Virus genome (UHGV): UHGV-0123286
Length of the DNA: 21,471 nucleotides
Reading direction: 5' to 3' (one strand)
DNA from: a virus
The notes below the pieces were generated by a model. The model did no database searches and was not told the DNA's origin. It saw only the letters and a program-made list of their open reading frames with translations. Positions 9,980 to 17,324 of this stretch are shown one piece after another. Made by a program: the position numbers and the translations under genes. Within the stretch, counting starts at the first letter, position 1; every line of letters begins with the position of its first letter.

Positions 9980-10111
9980 CTCATAATCCCGGCAGCAATA
10001 GCTATCGGGATCCACTTCACATATCCCGCATAAAAAGCACTGAACAAGCAGACACCGAAAAAATAAATATCCTTTGTATTCATTTGCTTATCATTATTTC
10101 ACCAAAAATAA

Positions 10112-10152
10112 ATACCTTGGGTATTTACACAATAAAATACCTACAGTATTCT
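10112..10152 (+). promoter_or_regulatory. OL operators (10112..10124 ATACCTTGGGTAT; 10137..10149 ATACCTACAGTAT) with pL (-35 TTTACA 10124..10129, -10 TATTCT 10147..10152)
   Basis: Same 13-bp palindrome family and 25-bp spacing as OR; hexamers 17 bp apart, oriented toward N. Confidence 0.55.
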
Positions 10153-10198
10153 TTAGCCATCAGCAGGACGCTGGAAGCCAAACGGAACAGATTGGCAG

Positions 10199-10239
10199 GC
10201 TCTTTAACATTGATGGGATTGTCCCGCCGAAATGCGGGA
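10199..10239 (+). promoter_or_regulatory. nutL: boxA GCTCTTTAACA (10199..10209) and boxB hairpin TCCCGCCGAAATGCGGGA (10222..10239)
   Basis: boxA consensus followed 12 nt later by an inverted repeat identical to nutR boxB, between pL and N. Confidence 0.65.
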
Positions 10240-10346
10240 ACCAAAGAGTAGTTGGCTTTGGGGTGACGTGAAGTGCAGCTGCACGACGGCAACCGGAAGA
10301 TAAGCACCCGGCGCGTCACCGCCAAAGTCAATCATCGGAGGTCAAC

Positions 10347-10652
10347 ATGACAGTAGTCATTACATACCTGGCTGACGATAACGCCAGAAACCGCCGCAGA
10401 GCACGCAGACAGGCTCAACGTGAACAGGCAATGCAAGAGCAGCGACTGGCGCGAAAAATTGCGCTAAAGCTCTCTGGTTGCGTCAGAGCAGACAAAGCAG
10501 CATCACTCGGAAGCCTTCGCTGCAAGAAGGTAGAAGAAGTCGAGAGTAAACAGAATCGTATTTACTACCGCAAGCCACGCAGTGAAATGGGTGTGACTTG
10601 TGTTGGTCGCCAGAAAATGAAATTAGGCAGCAAACCACTGTATGAGGGGTGA
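10347..10652 (+). CDS. N: N antiterminator, 101 aa
   Basis: Arginine-rich motif NARNRRRARRQAQ near N-terminus; C-terminus RIYYRKPRSEMGVTCVGRQKMK resembles lambda N C-terminus; GGAGG RBS. Confidence 0.85.
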   Translation: MTVVITYLADDNARNRRRARRQAQREQAMQEQRLARKIALKLSGCVRADKAASLGSLRCKKVEEVESKQNRIYYRKPRSEMGVTCVGRQKMKLGSKPLYEG

Positions 10653-10655
10653 TCT

Positions 10656-10907
10656 ATGGAATTTCATGAAAGTGCGATTTATGATTTTCGCGCTAACGCA
10701 AATTCAGTAAAACCACAGCCAATTGCAGTACTTTTTAAAACAATGGGTGCGTGGGCTGTTTTATGCTTCGCCGCTGATGACACTGACGCAAGAATGGCAA
10801 TAGGCCAAGAGATGGAGATGGACCCGACAAACGATGAATTCATAATTTATGGCGCTCCATCTAATTACTTACTTGATACCTGCAACATTTACAACAAGGC
10901 TGCCTGA
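10656..10907 (+). CDS. Hypothetical protein, 83 aa (position of lambda ral)
   Basis: ORF with GAGGGG RBS directly after N; no family recognised. Confidence 0.45.
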   Translation: MEFHESAIYDFRANANSVKPQPIAVLFKTMGAWAVLCFAADDTDARMAIGQEMEMDPTNDEFIIYGAPSNYLLDTCNIYNKAA

Positions 10908-10934
10908 TGGTGGCCTTTATTTTTAAGGTGCTAT

Positions 10935-11177
10935 ATGAAAATTAAAACCATGGGCGCAAGCCCATTAAGCGGTCGTATTTTTCAAGGAACATTAAACACT
11001 GAAAAAGGAATGTGGGTAGGAAAGAAAGAAGATGTCACCGAACAGGCAGTTAAGGCAGTAGCTGAACACCTGATGATAAAAAACCAGAAATACGCATACG
11101 AAACGAAGGATGGCAAATGGCTGATAATAAGCCATCAAGTGGTTGATAAATTACCAGAAGATTTTATTGCTGATTAA
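10935..11177 (+). CDS. Hypothetical protein, 80 aa
   Basis: ORF with AAGGTG RBS; no family recognised. Confidence 0.45.
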   Translation: MKIKTMGASPLSGRIFQGTLNTEKGMWVGKKEDVTEQAVKAVAEHLMIKNQKYAYETKDGKWLIISHQVVDKLPEDFIAD

Positions 11178-11305
11178 ATTCACTTTGGAACAAACAACAG
11201 AATAAACACTGCACTGTGTATTCATTCCAACGAGTGAATACACGGAGCAATGTCGCTCGTAACTAAACAGGAGCCGACTTGTTCTGATTATTGGAAATCT
11301 TCTTT

Positions 11306-11332
11306 GCCCTCCAGTGTGAGGGCGATTTTTTT
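11306..11332 (+). terminator. Intrinsic terminator inside the pL operon (tL-like)
   Basis: GCCCTC-CAGTGT-GAGGGC hairpin followed by GATTTTTTT. Confidence 0.5.
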
Positions 11333-11343
11333 GACGGAGGAAA

Positions 11344-11656
11344 TATGAAATTACGTGTCTGGCATATCCCGCAAGTACCTATGAAACCGTTCATTGTAGA
11401 AGTGGCAAGTGTTGAAGAGGGTGTTCGCCTGATGGATGCACTGGCTGATTATGACGCCTTTCAGTATGACAACAACATCAAGCCTGACTACTGCAATGCT
11501 AACGGCCTTGAGATGTGGGATGAGAGCCTTACCGATGAAGATTTATCAGAGATGGGGCTTACTGATCGCTGGGTGGATTGGTACAGCGAATGCCAATGTT
11601 ACGACGACCCACGTAAATATCTCGAAAGCCTGAAAGAAGAAACATCAGCCGCCTAA
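11344..11656 (+). CDS. Hypothetical acidic protein, 103 aa (start at internal ATG with GGAGGA RBS)
   Basis: ATG 11344 preceded by GACGGAGGAAAT; translation MKLRVWHIPQVPMKPFIVEV...; no family recognised. Confidence 0.5.
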
Positions 11657-11731
11657 GCGCGGCTTTACCGCATACCAATAACGCTTCACTCGAGGCGTTT
11701 TCGTTATGCAATCAAATATAAGGAGTTACCC

Positions 11732-11866
11732 ATGATGCACTTTCAGCTCGCGGGTAGCGGCGTCATGTCCGCTTTCTACCCGCACGAATCTGAATTATCA
11801 CGCCGAGTTAAACAATTAATCAGAGCAGCAAAGAAACAACTGGAGGCGTTATGCGCAATGAAATAG
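11732..11866 (+). CDS. cIII: CIII-like protein (FtsH inhibitor), 44 aa
   Basis: Manual translation MMHFQLAGSGVMSAFYPHESELSRRVKQLIRAAKKQLEALCAMK; resembles lambda CIII central region; AGGAG RBS; below ORF-track threshold. Confidence 0.55.
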   Translation: MMHFQLAGSGVMSAFYPHESELSRRVKQLIRAAKKQLEALCAMK

Positions 11867-12003
11867 CCATTAATCACCAGATGCTTCGTGCTGCACAAAA
11901 CAAAGCAGTAATAGCCAGATTTATTGGTGATTCCAAAATGTGGCTTGAAGCAAATAAAGCGATGAAATCAGCTATCAACCTTCCGTGGTATCGCAGGAAA
12001 TGA
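11851..12003 (+). CDS. kil: Kil-like protein, 50 aa
   Basis: Manual translation MRNEIAINHQMLRAAQNKAVIARFIGDSKMWLEANKAMK...; IARFIGDSKMW resembles remembered lambda Kil IATFIGDEKMF; GGAGG RBS; overlaps cIII stop. Confidence 0.45.
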   Translation: MRNEIAINHQMLRAAQNKAVIARFIGDSKMWLEANKAMKSAINLPWYRRK

Positions 12004-12170
12004 GTTTTACAGATAACTGGTCAGACGAAGAATTCATTCGTCAGATGAAAGATTTAATCGGTAACGAAGGAGATATTCATGTCACTTGCAACCACAGTGA
12101 AGGAGAGCAAGTTACAGAGACGCATGTACACGCAGCAGGCGTTAATGTATCGCCAGAAGGGAGATCGTGA
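12000..12170 (+). CDS. Small ORF, 56 aa, translationally coupled to kil (ATGA); overlaps an alternative-frame ORF
   Basis: Start overlaps kil stop; no homolog recognised. Confidence 0.3.
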   Translation: MSFTDNWSDEEFIRQMKDLIGNEGDIHVTCNHSEGEQVTETHVHAAGVNVSPEGRS

Positions 12171-12249
12171 AGGTGTTCGCGTATTTTTAAATGCGGCAAA
12201 GACTGAAGTATTAAATCAGCGTTATTTCCTTGGGCCGTGTCCATTCTGA
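12079..12249 (+). CDS. Small ORF, 56 aa, with strong RBS (AAGGAG, 7-nt spacer); overlaps previous ORF in another frame
   Basis: MSLATTVKESKLQRRMYTQQALMYRQKGDREGVRVFLNAAK...; at most one of the two overlapping ORFs is likely real. Confidence 0.3.
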   Translation: MSLATTVKESKLQRRMYTQQALMYRQKGDREGVRVFLNAAKTEVLNQRYFLGPCPF

Positions 12250-12259
12250 GAACAATCAT

Positions 12260-12865
12260 ATGAGCAAAGAATTTTACGCAAGACTGGCAGCTATTCAGGA
12301 GAATCTGAACGCGCCAAAGAATCAGTACAACTCATTCGGCAAATATAAATACAGAAGCTGCGAAGATATTCTTGAAGGCGTTAAGCCGTTACTGAATGGT
12401 CTGTTTTTATCAATCAGCGATGAAGTTGTGTTGATTGGTGATCGGTATTACGTGAAAGCAACGGCAACTATTACCGATGGCGAAAACAGTCATACGGCAA
12501 CCGCACTAGCACGAGAGGAAGAAAGCAAGAAAGGAATGGATTCTGCACAAGTTACGGGAGCTACAAGCTCTTATGCACGCAAGTATTGCCTCAATGGTTT
12601 GTTCGGCATTGATGATGCGAAAGATGCAGATACAGACGAGCATAAACATCAGCAGAACGCAGCAGCAAAGCAATCAAAACCATCACCTACACCTGAACAG
12701 GTTCTAAAAGCATTCACTGACGCAGCATTGCAGAAAAACACCGTGGAAGAGCTTAAACAGGCGTTCGCCAAAGCGTGGAAGATGCTCGAAGGCACACCGG
12801 AGCAGCACAAAGCGCAGGACGTTTACAACATCAGACGAGACGAATTAGAAGGAGCTGCTGCTTAA
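12260..12865 (+). CDS. erf: Erf single-strand annealing recombinase (P22 Erf family), 201 aa
   Basis: From MSKEFYARLAAIQENLNAPKNQYNSFGKYKYRSCEDILEGVKPLL... matches remembered P22 Erf. Confidence 0.85.
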   Translation: MSKEFYARLAAIQENLNAPKNQYNSFGKYKYRSCEDILEGVKPLLNGLFLSISDEVVLIGDRYYVKATATITDGENSHTATALAREEESKKGMDSAQVTGATSSYARKYCLNGLFGIDDAKDADTDEHKHQQNAAAKQSKPSPTPEQVLKAFTDAALQKNTVEELKQAFAKAWKMLEGTPEQHKAQDVYNIRRDELEGAAA

Positions 12866-13248
12866 TGGCACATTCGATTACTGTAAGACTAAACAAGCCC
12901 GCAAGAGAGTTTCAGGCCGGGGAAAATATCGGATTCAACATCCGTGCTGGCGTTCAGTATTACGATCGCCAGACAAAAAAGAAAGAATGGACAAACTACA
13001 GCGCCGTTGTATTTGCCAAGCCGGGAGCGCAAGCGGATTACTACCGTAGTGTTCTTGTTGAAGGTGGCATTGTAGAAATTACCGGAGAAAACATCAGGGT
13101 TGATGTTTATCAGGGGCAAAATGGTCAATCAATCACTCTTGAATTACTGAATGCAAAGATTGGATTTGCAACTTCAGGAAACAGCCAACAGCAGCAAAGT
13201 AGCAATCATCAAAATCATCCTGAATACGACGATTCAATTCCCTTCTAA
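12865..13248 (+). CDS. SSB-like single-stranded DNA-binding protein, 127 aa
   Basis: C-terminal acidic tail ...EYDDSIPF (bacterial SSB ends DDDIPF); OB-fold-like core EWTNYSAVVFAK...VLVEGGIVEITG; ATG overlaps erf stop (TAATG). Confidence 0.65.
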   Translation: MAHSITVRLNKPAREFQAGENIGFNIRAGVQYYDRQTKKKEWTNYSAVVFAKPGAQADYYRSVLVEGGIVEITGENIRVDVYQGQNGQSITLELLNAKIGFATSGNSQQQQSSNHQNHPEYDDSIPF

Positions 13249-13271
13249 AGTAGCAACATAAGGATTCCATT

Positions 13272-13568
13272 ATGCCAGCGCCTCTGTATGGTGCGGACGA
13301 CGCGCGCCGCTGTTCCGGCAATTCCGTATCGGAGGTGCTGGATAAATTCAGGAAAAACTACAACCGGATAATGTCGCTACCGCAGGAAACGAAAGAGGAA
13401 AAGGAATTTCGCCATTGTATATGGCTTGCAGAGAAAGAAGAACGCGAGCGAATTTACCAGACATCAATCCGACCATTCCGCAAAGCCACATATACCCACT
13501 TCCCTGAATATATCGACCCGCGCCTGCGTAATTACCGCTCACGCTATGGCGCTATCAGTAATGACTGA
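13272..13568 (+). CDS. Hypothetical protein, 98 aa; possibly Abc2-like anti-RecBCD protein (by position after erf, unverified)
   Basis: ORF with AAGGA RBS; assignment rests on P22 gene order and an uncertain recollection of Abc2. Confidence 0.4.
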   Translation: MPAPLYGADDARRCSGNSVSEVLDKFRKNYNRIMSLPQETKEEKEFRHCIWLAEKEERERIYQTSIRPFRKATYTHFPEYIDPRLRNYRSRYGAISND

Positions 13569-13578
13569 GGAATTAACA

Positions 13579-13869
13579 ATGAAAACAATGAAGCTAAACA
13601 TCGACCTCGGAAAATACGTTATTACCGGAACCAAACACGATCTGATTCTAAGCGAAAGAGGAATTATCAAAGAAGGTGAGAATGCAGGGAAAGAAACACT
13701 AAGTCGTATCGGTTATTACAGCAAGTTTGAGCATCTGGTTAAAGAGTTATGCAACCGTGAAATCCTGTTATCTCAGGCGCAGACGCTACAGGATATTCAG
13801 CAGCATATCGAGACTTTAGGTGTGTCACTTAGCATGGCTATTGACCAGTTCGTGGAGAGTAAATCATGA
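13579..13869 (+). CDS. Hypothetical protein, 96 aa
   Basis: ATG 13579 with GAGGA RBS 7 nt upstream; [28 protein letters not shown]... Confidence 0.45.
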   Translation: MKTMKLNIDLGKYVITGTKHDLILSERGIIKEGENAGKETLSRIGYYSKFEHLVKELCNREILLSQAQTLQDIQQHIETLGVSLSMAIDQFVESKS

Positions 13870-14030
13870 GAGGACTTGCTTACAATCCCGGCATTCTTCA
13901 GGCAGAAATGATTATTCGCCAACGCGTAAAGCCAATGCCATCGAGAGAGGAATTACTTAAGAGAAATTCTTTTCCATCAGTGAATCAAAACAAATATCTG
14001 AATGCAATGTGGCGGAGTGGGAAGAAATGA
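13866..14030 (+). CDS. Small hypothetical protein, 54 aa
   Basis: ATG overlaps upstream stop (ATGA); manual translation [36 protein letters not shown]... Confidence 0.35.
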   Translation: MRGLAYNPGILQAEMIIRQRVKPMPSREELLKRNSFPSVNQNKYLNAMWRSGKK

Positions 14031-14425
14031 AACAAATGTCACTAATTGAGATGGATGGTTTTCTGAAAGGTAAATGCATCCCACGAGATTTAAAGGTTAA
14101 CGAAACAAACGCTGAATATCTGGTGCGTAAATTTGCTGAAGCGGAGGCCAAGTGCGCGGCGCTGGCAGCGGAGAATGCGGCGCTTAAACAGTCGGAGAAG
14201 GAATTTAATAACTTCTGTCGTCAGGAGCACTACGGTTGGGAGGACAACTTCACGGAAACCCCAGCCACCGATGCTTTCCTGGCTGAAATTGAACGCAAAG
14301 CAATCCGCAAGTTCATTAACAGCATTGAACACATCCTGCGTGACAAGTTGTCACCGTATGACACCGAAGAGATGCTTGAGGCTATGCGTATTTTTCTGGA
14401 AGAACAGGGAGGTGAGCAAAAATGA
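14027..14425 (+). CDS. Hypothetical protein, 132 aa (coiled-coil-like)
   Basis: ATG overlaps upstream stop (ATGA); [55 protein letters not shown]... Confidence 0.45.
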   Translation: MKQMSLIEMDGFLKGKCIPRDLKVNETNAEYLVRKFAEAEAKCAALAAENAALKQSEKEFNNFCRQEHYGWEDNFTETPATDAFLAEIERKAIRKFINSIEHILRDKLSPYDTEEMLEAMRIFLEEQGGEQK

Positions 14426-14727
14426 CAATCACAAAACAACGGGTAGAAGAAATCATATCCCGCATTGAAATGTATGGACATGGTGCAGGGTATACCGCAG
14501 ACGAGGTTAATGACCTGGCTGTACTGGCGCTGAATTTATCAAATATCGCAAACCTGAAGCGATACGAGCTTGATATGGATGGTTGTGACTCGTGCGGTCA
14601 GGATTGTGGCGCTGACATGACTGAAGATTCTGATGGCGATTATGTCCTGTTTGATGACGTGGTTAAGTTGTTTGAGCTTGATACATTCGAAAGCCCAGCA
14701 AAGGAGGCAACCAGTGAGCGAAATTAA
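14422..14727 (+). CDS. Hypothetical acidic protein, 101 aa
   Basis: ATG overlaps upstream stop (ATGA); acidic Cys-containing C-terminal half DMDGCDSCGQDCGADMTEDSDGDYVLFDD. Confidence 0.45.
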   Translation: MTITKQRVEEIISRIEMYGHGAGYTADEVNDLAVLALNLSNIANLKRYELDMDGCDSCGQDCGADMTEDSDGDYVLFDDVVKLFELDTFESPAKEATSERN

Positions 14728-15496
14728 TTACCAGGCACTGCGTGAGGCGGCGCAACTGGCAACACAGGGTGAATGGGTCGCATTTATTTCGTCTGGTACT
14801 GGTACATATGCGGTGCATACACCTGGTGATAAACGATGTGAAGACGTTATCAAATGGACCGGCTTTGATGGACAGAAAAATGCAGAGAACAACGCTCGTT
14901 ATATCGCAGCTTTCAACCCAGAAGTAGTGCAGGCGTTGCTGGACGAGCTGGAAGGCAAAGACAAACTGATTGCCGAGCTTGGAAAACAATGCGCCGAATG
15001 GGAGCGAAAAGCATTAAGTAACTTTGAAGAGTGTGCTGCGATGGCTGAACGTATCGAAGAGATGCAGACAAAATCTGCACCAGATTCGTTTGGCATCATC
15101 GGTGAAAATATTCGAACACAGGATAATCGAATAACATCAGACCCTATGTTTTGTGTGTATCAAAAGCGCGAAATCGTTGTTGATGCTGATTATGACTATG
15201 ACCGGATTGTCTGGGTTGATGAAGATGGCAATGAAGCCAATAAACGCCAAAGTCGTCGTCTCGAACTACTTCATGAAAACTTTCGGGAGCCACCAGAAAA
15301 ATGGCGGCGCGTTGCTGTGAAAGATATTGATGAATTCGTGACCTGCTGTTTCACCGAGCAGGGTTGTAAAGACTACCTGGCAGCCAATGGTCACAATCTT
15401 CGCTTGCCATTTATATATGTAAAAAGCGGTTTCAGGAACGCTGAATATATCGGCATAAGAAACTGGCTTGCTGGCATTCGCATCAAAGGAGAATGA
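14714..15496 (+). CDS. Hypothetical protein, about 260 aa (GTG start after AAGGAGG); possibly Ead/Ea22-like early-region family
   Basis: Strong RBS AAGGAGG 6 nt before GTG 14714; family assignment from memory only. Confidence 0.45.
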   Translation: MSEINYQALREAAQLATQGEWVAFISSGTGTYAVHTPGDKRCEDVIKWTGFDGQKNAENNARYIAAFNPEVVQALLDELEGKDKLIAELGKQCAEWERKALSNFEECAAMAERIEEMQTKSAPDSFGIIGENIRTQDNRITSDPMFCVYQKREIVVDADYDYDRIVWVDEDGNEANKRQSRRLELLHENFREPPEKWRRVAVKDIDEFVTCCFTEQGCKDYLAANGHNLRLPFIYVKSGFRNAEYIGIRNWLAGIRIKGE

Positions 15497-15497
15497 G

Positions 15498-16013
15498 ATG
15501 GCGTTAACACACCGCGAACTCTGTCAGATTGCCTACAGGTTCCTTAAGCGCAACGGGTTCAAGGTTTGCTTTCATGACCGCTTTGTTGCTGTAACCAGTA
15601 CTGGAGAACAACCAGATGCTATGGGATTCAGAAATTCAGCATCATGCCTGATAGAGGCGAAGTGTTCTCGTGCTGACTTGTTGGCAGATAGAAAAAAGCG
15701 TTTCCGTAAAAATCCCTCTCTTGGCATGGGGGACTGGCGATTCTTTATTAGTGAGCCGGGAATTATTTCAATTGAGGATTTACCACCTGGCTGGGGATTA
15801 CTTCACGTTGTTAACGGAAGAGTACGGAAAGTACATGGGTGGCCAAAGGGCAATTGCTGTTGGGGTAATCCTGACGATAAGCCATTTACTGGAAATAAGC
15901 AGGTTGAATGCGATTACATGTTATCGGCATTAAGGCGCATGGAGTTGAGAGGGCACCTTAATGAAATATATGACGGTGTAATTGTTAATAAGAAAGAAGG
16001 AAACGCGGCATGA
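15498..16013 (+). CDS. Putative PD-(D/E)xK-fold nuclease-like protein, 171 aa
   Basis: Motif ...GEQPDAMGFRNSASCLIEAKCS... (PD ... ExK spacing typical of restriction-endonuclease-like fold); AAGGAGAA RBS. Confidence 0.45.
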   Translation: MALTHRELCQIAYRFLKRNGFKVCFHDRFVAVTSTGEQPDAMGFRNSASCLIEAKCSRADLLADRKKRFRKNPSLGMGDWRFFISEPGIISIEDLPPGWGLLHVVNGRVRKVHGWPKGNCCWGNPDDKPFTGNKQVECDYMLSALRRMELRGHLNEIYDGVIVNKKEGNAA

Positions 16014-16690
16014 TCACTATTACCAAAGAGCGACTACTGACAATCAAGCAGTGGCGCGAAACATACGGACCTGGTAGCAACGTTGTGCTTCCAGCAGAAG
16101 AAGCGGAAGAGCTGGCACGGATTGCACTGGCATCACTGGCAGTAGTATCGGATGAACGAGCAGCCTATGAATTATTTATGGAGAAGCGTTTCGGGGAATC
16201 TGTAGATCGCCGTAGGGCAAAAAATGGCGATAGAGAATACATGGCATGGGATATGGCGCTTGGCTGGATTATCTGGTGTCACCGCGCCGCCATGCTTCAG
16301 GGTAGCCAACCTGTAAGCCAAACTTACAAGTTGCCAGTTAATACACCTTGCCAAGATGCGCCAGCCCATATCTGGCTACAAACGGCTGGAGTATGGCCAG
16401 AAGATGGCGAGTTAAGCGAATTAACGTGGTGCAGCCACAATCAGCACCATGATGACACGCTATATGTTCGAGCTGACCTTGTGAATGGCAACTATCCGGT
16501 AACTCCGGATAGTTGGATAAGCTGTAGTGAGCGAATGCCGAACGACGCGCAGTGGTGCGTAGTGAACACAGAATACGGGTATTACGCGCAATGCTGGTCT
16601 GAAGGTCAAGGGTGGCTTGGTGATGATATCAGCATCCCTGAATGCGATGTAATCAATTGGATGCCACTACCAGAACCGCCGCAGGGGTGA
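16010..16690 (+). CDS. Hypothetical protein with DUF551-like C-terminal domain, 226 aa
   Basis: ATG overlaps upstream stop (ATGA); C-terminus WISCSERMPNDAQWCVVNTEYGYYAQCWSEGQGWLGDD...WMPLPEPP resembles DUF551 of lambdoid early regions. Confidence 0.5.
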   Translation: MITITKERLLTIKQWRETYGPGSNVVLPAEEAEELARIALASLAVVSDERAAYELFMEKRFGESVDRRRAKNGDREYMAWDMALGWIIWCHRAAMLQGSQPVSQTYKLPVNTPCQDAPAHIWLQTAGVWPEDGELSELTWCSHNQHHDDTLYVRADLVNGNYPVTPDSWISCSERMPNDAQWCVVNTEYGYYAQCWSEGQGWLGDDISIPECDVINWMPLPEPPQG

Positions 16691-16756
16691 AATGATGCTT
16701 GGCCTGAAGTATTTTATGTAATTGGTATTGCTATATTTTTATCTGGGGATAAACGA

Positions 16757-16999
16757 ATGTTCTCTCTGATTCAACGTGGTCAGATATACACCGATAGCGC
16801 TGGCTATCCAGTAAAAATCATTCGTAGTACTGATCACTCAGTATTCTTCAAGAGGATGGATGGCTATCCTGGAAGAGTGTGCATCAGAAAATTCAATAAT
16901 TTATTCGAACACATTGATCACAGAGAATATCACCAGATCCTGGCTGAAACAGAACAGGAGAACCATCTGAAAAAATTACGTGCTATGCAAAGGAGATAA
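16757..16999 (+). CDS. Hypothetical protein, 80 aa
   Basis: ORF with GGGGATAAACGA upstream; no family recognised with confidence. Confidence 0.4.
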   Translation: MFSLIQRGQIYTDSAGYPVKIIRSTDHSVFFKRMDGYPGRVCIRKFNNLFEHIDHREYHQILAETEQENHLKKLRAMQRR

Positions 17000-17079
17000 A
17001 CCGGTAAAGGTGTTCGCGATAAAGGTGAATATCGGCAATGAATAACAATCCTCGAACTCGCGGGGATTTCTTTTATCTG

Positions 17080-17105
17080 AACTCGCTACGGCGAGTTTTG
17101 TTTTA
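17080..17105 (+). terminator. Intrinsic terminator
   Basis: AACTCGC-TACG-GCGAGTT hairpin followed by TTGTTTT. Confidence 0.5.
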
Positions 17106-17117
17106 TGGAGATGATAA

Positions 17118-17285
17118 ATGCACTTCCGAGTCACAGGTGAATGGAATGGAGAGCCATTCGACAGGGTTATCGAAGCAGAGGACATCAACGACTGCTATAA
17201 CCACTGGATGATATGGGCGCAGATAGCGCATGCAGACGTAACCAATATTCGAATTGAAGAACTGAAAGAACACCAAGCCGCCTGA
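17118..17285 (+). CDS. Small hypothetical protein, 55 aa, flanked by two terminators
   Basis: ATG with GGAG 8 nt upstream; MHFRVTGEWNGEPFDRVIEAEDINDCYNHWMIWAQIAHADVTNIRIEELKEHQAA. Confidence 0.4.
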   Translation: MHFRVTGEWNGEPFDRVIEAEDINDCYNHWMIWAQIAHADVTNIRIEELKEHQAA

Positions 17286-17300
17286 TGGCGGTTTTTTCTT
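17277..17300 (+). terminator. Intrinsic terminator upstream of xis
   Basis: CCGCC-TGAT-GGCGG hairpin followed by TTTTTTCTT; stop codon of the 55-aa ORF lies in the loop. Confidence 0.55.
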
Positions 17301-17324
17301 GCGTGTAATTGCGGAGACTTTGCG

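Noticed and set aside
9980-10020. Hairpin ATCCCG...CGGGAT after the membrane protein gene as a terminator
   Set aside because: Loop is about 14 nt and there is no downstream T-tract; it may still act as a weak or Rho-associated stop, but cannot be called an intrinsic terminator from sequence.
10125-10331. Minus-strand 68-aa ORF across the pL/nutL leader
   Set aside because: Overlaps the OL operators and the nutL boxA/boxB; no RBS; the region is better explained as regulatory RNA leader.
12889-15099. Multiple minus-strand ORFs (12889..13128, 13133..13321, 13348..13542, 13957..14151, 14090..14332, 14230..14481, 14663..14989, 14899..15099)
   Set aside because: All antisense to a continuous run of RBS-supported, translationally coupled plus-strand genes; probably spurious.
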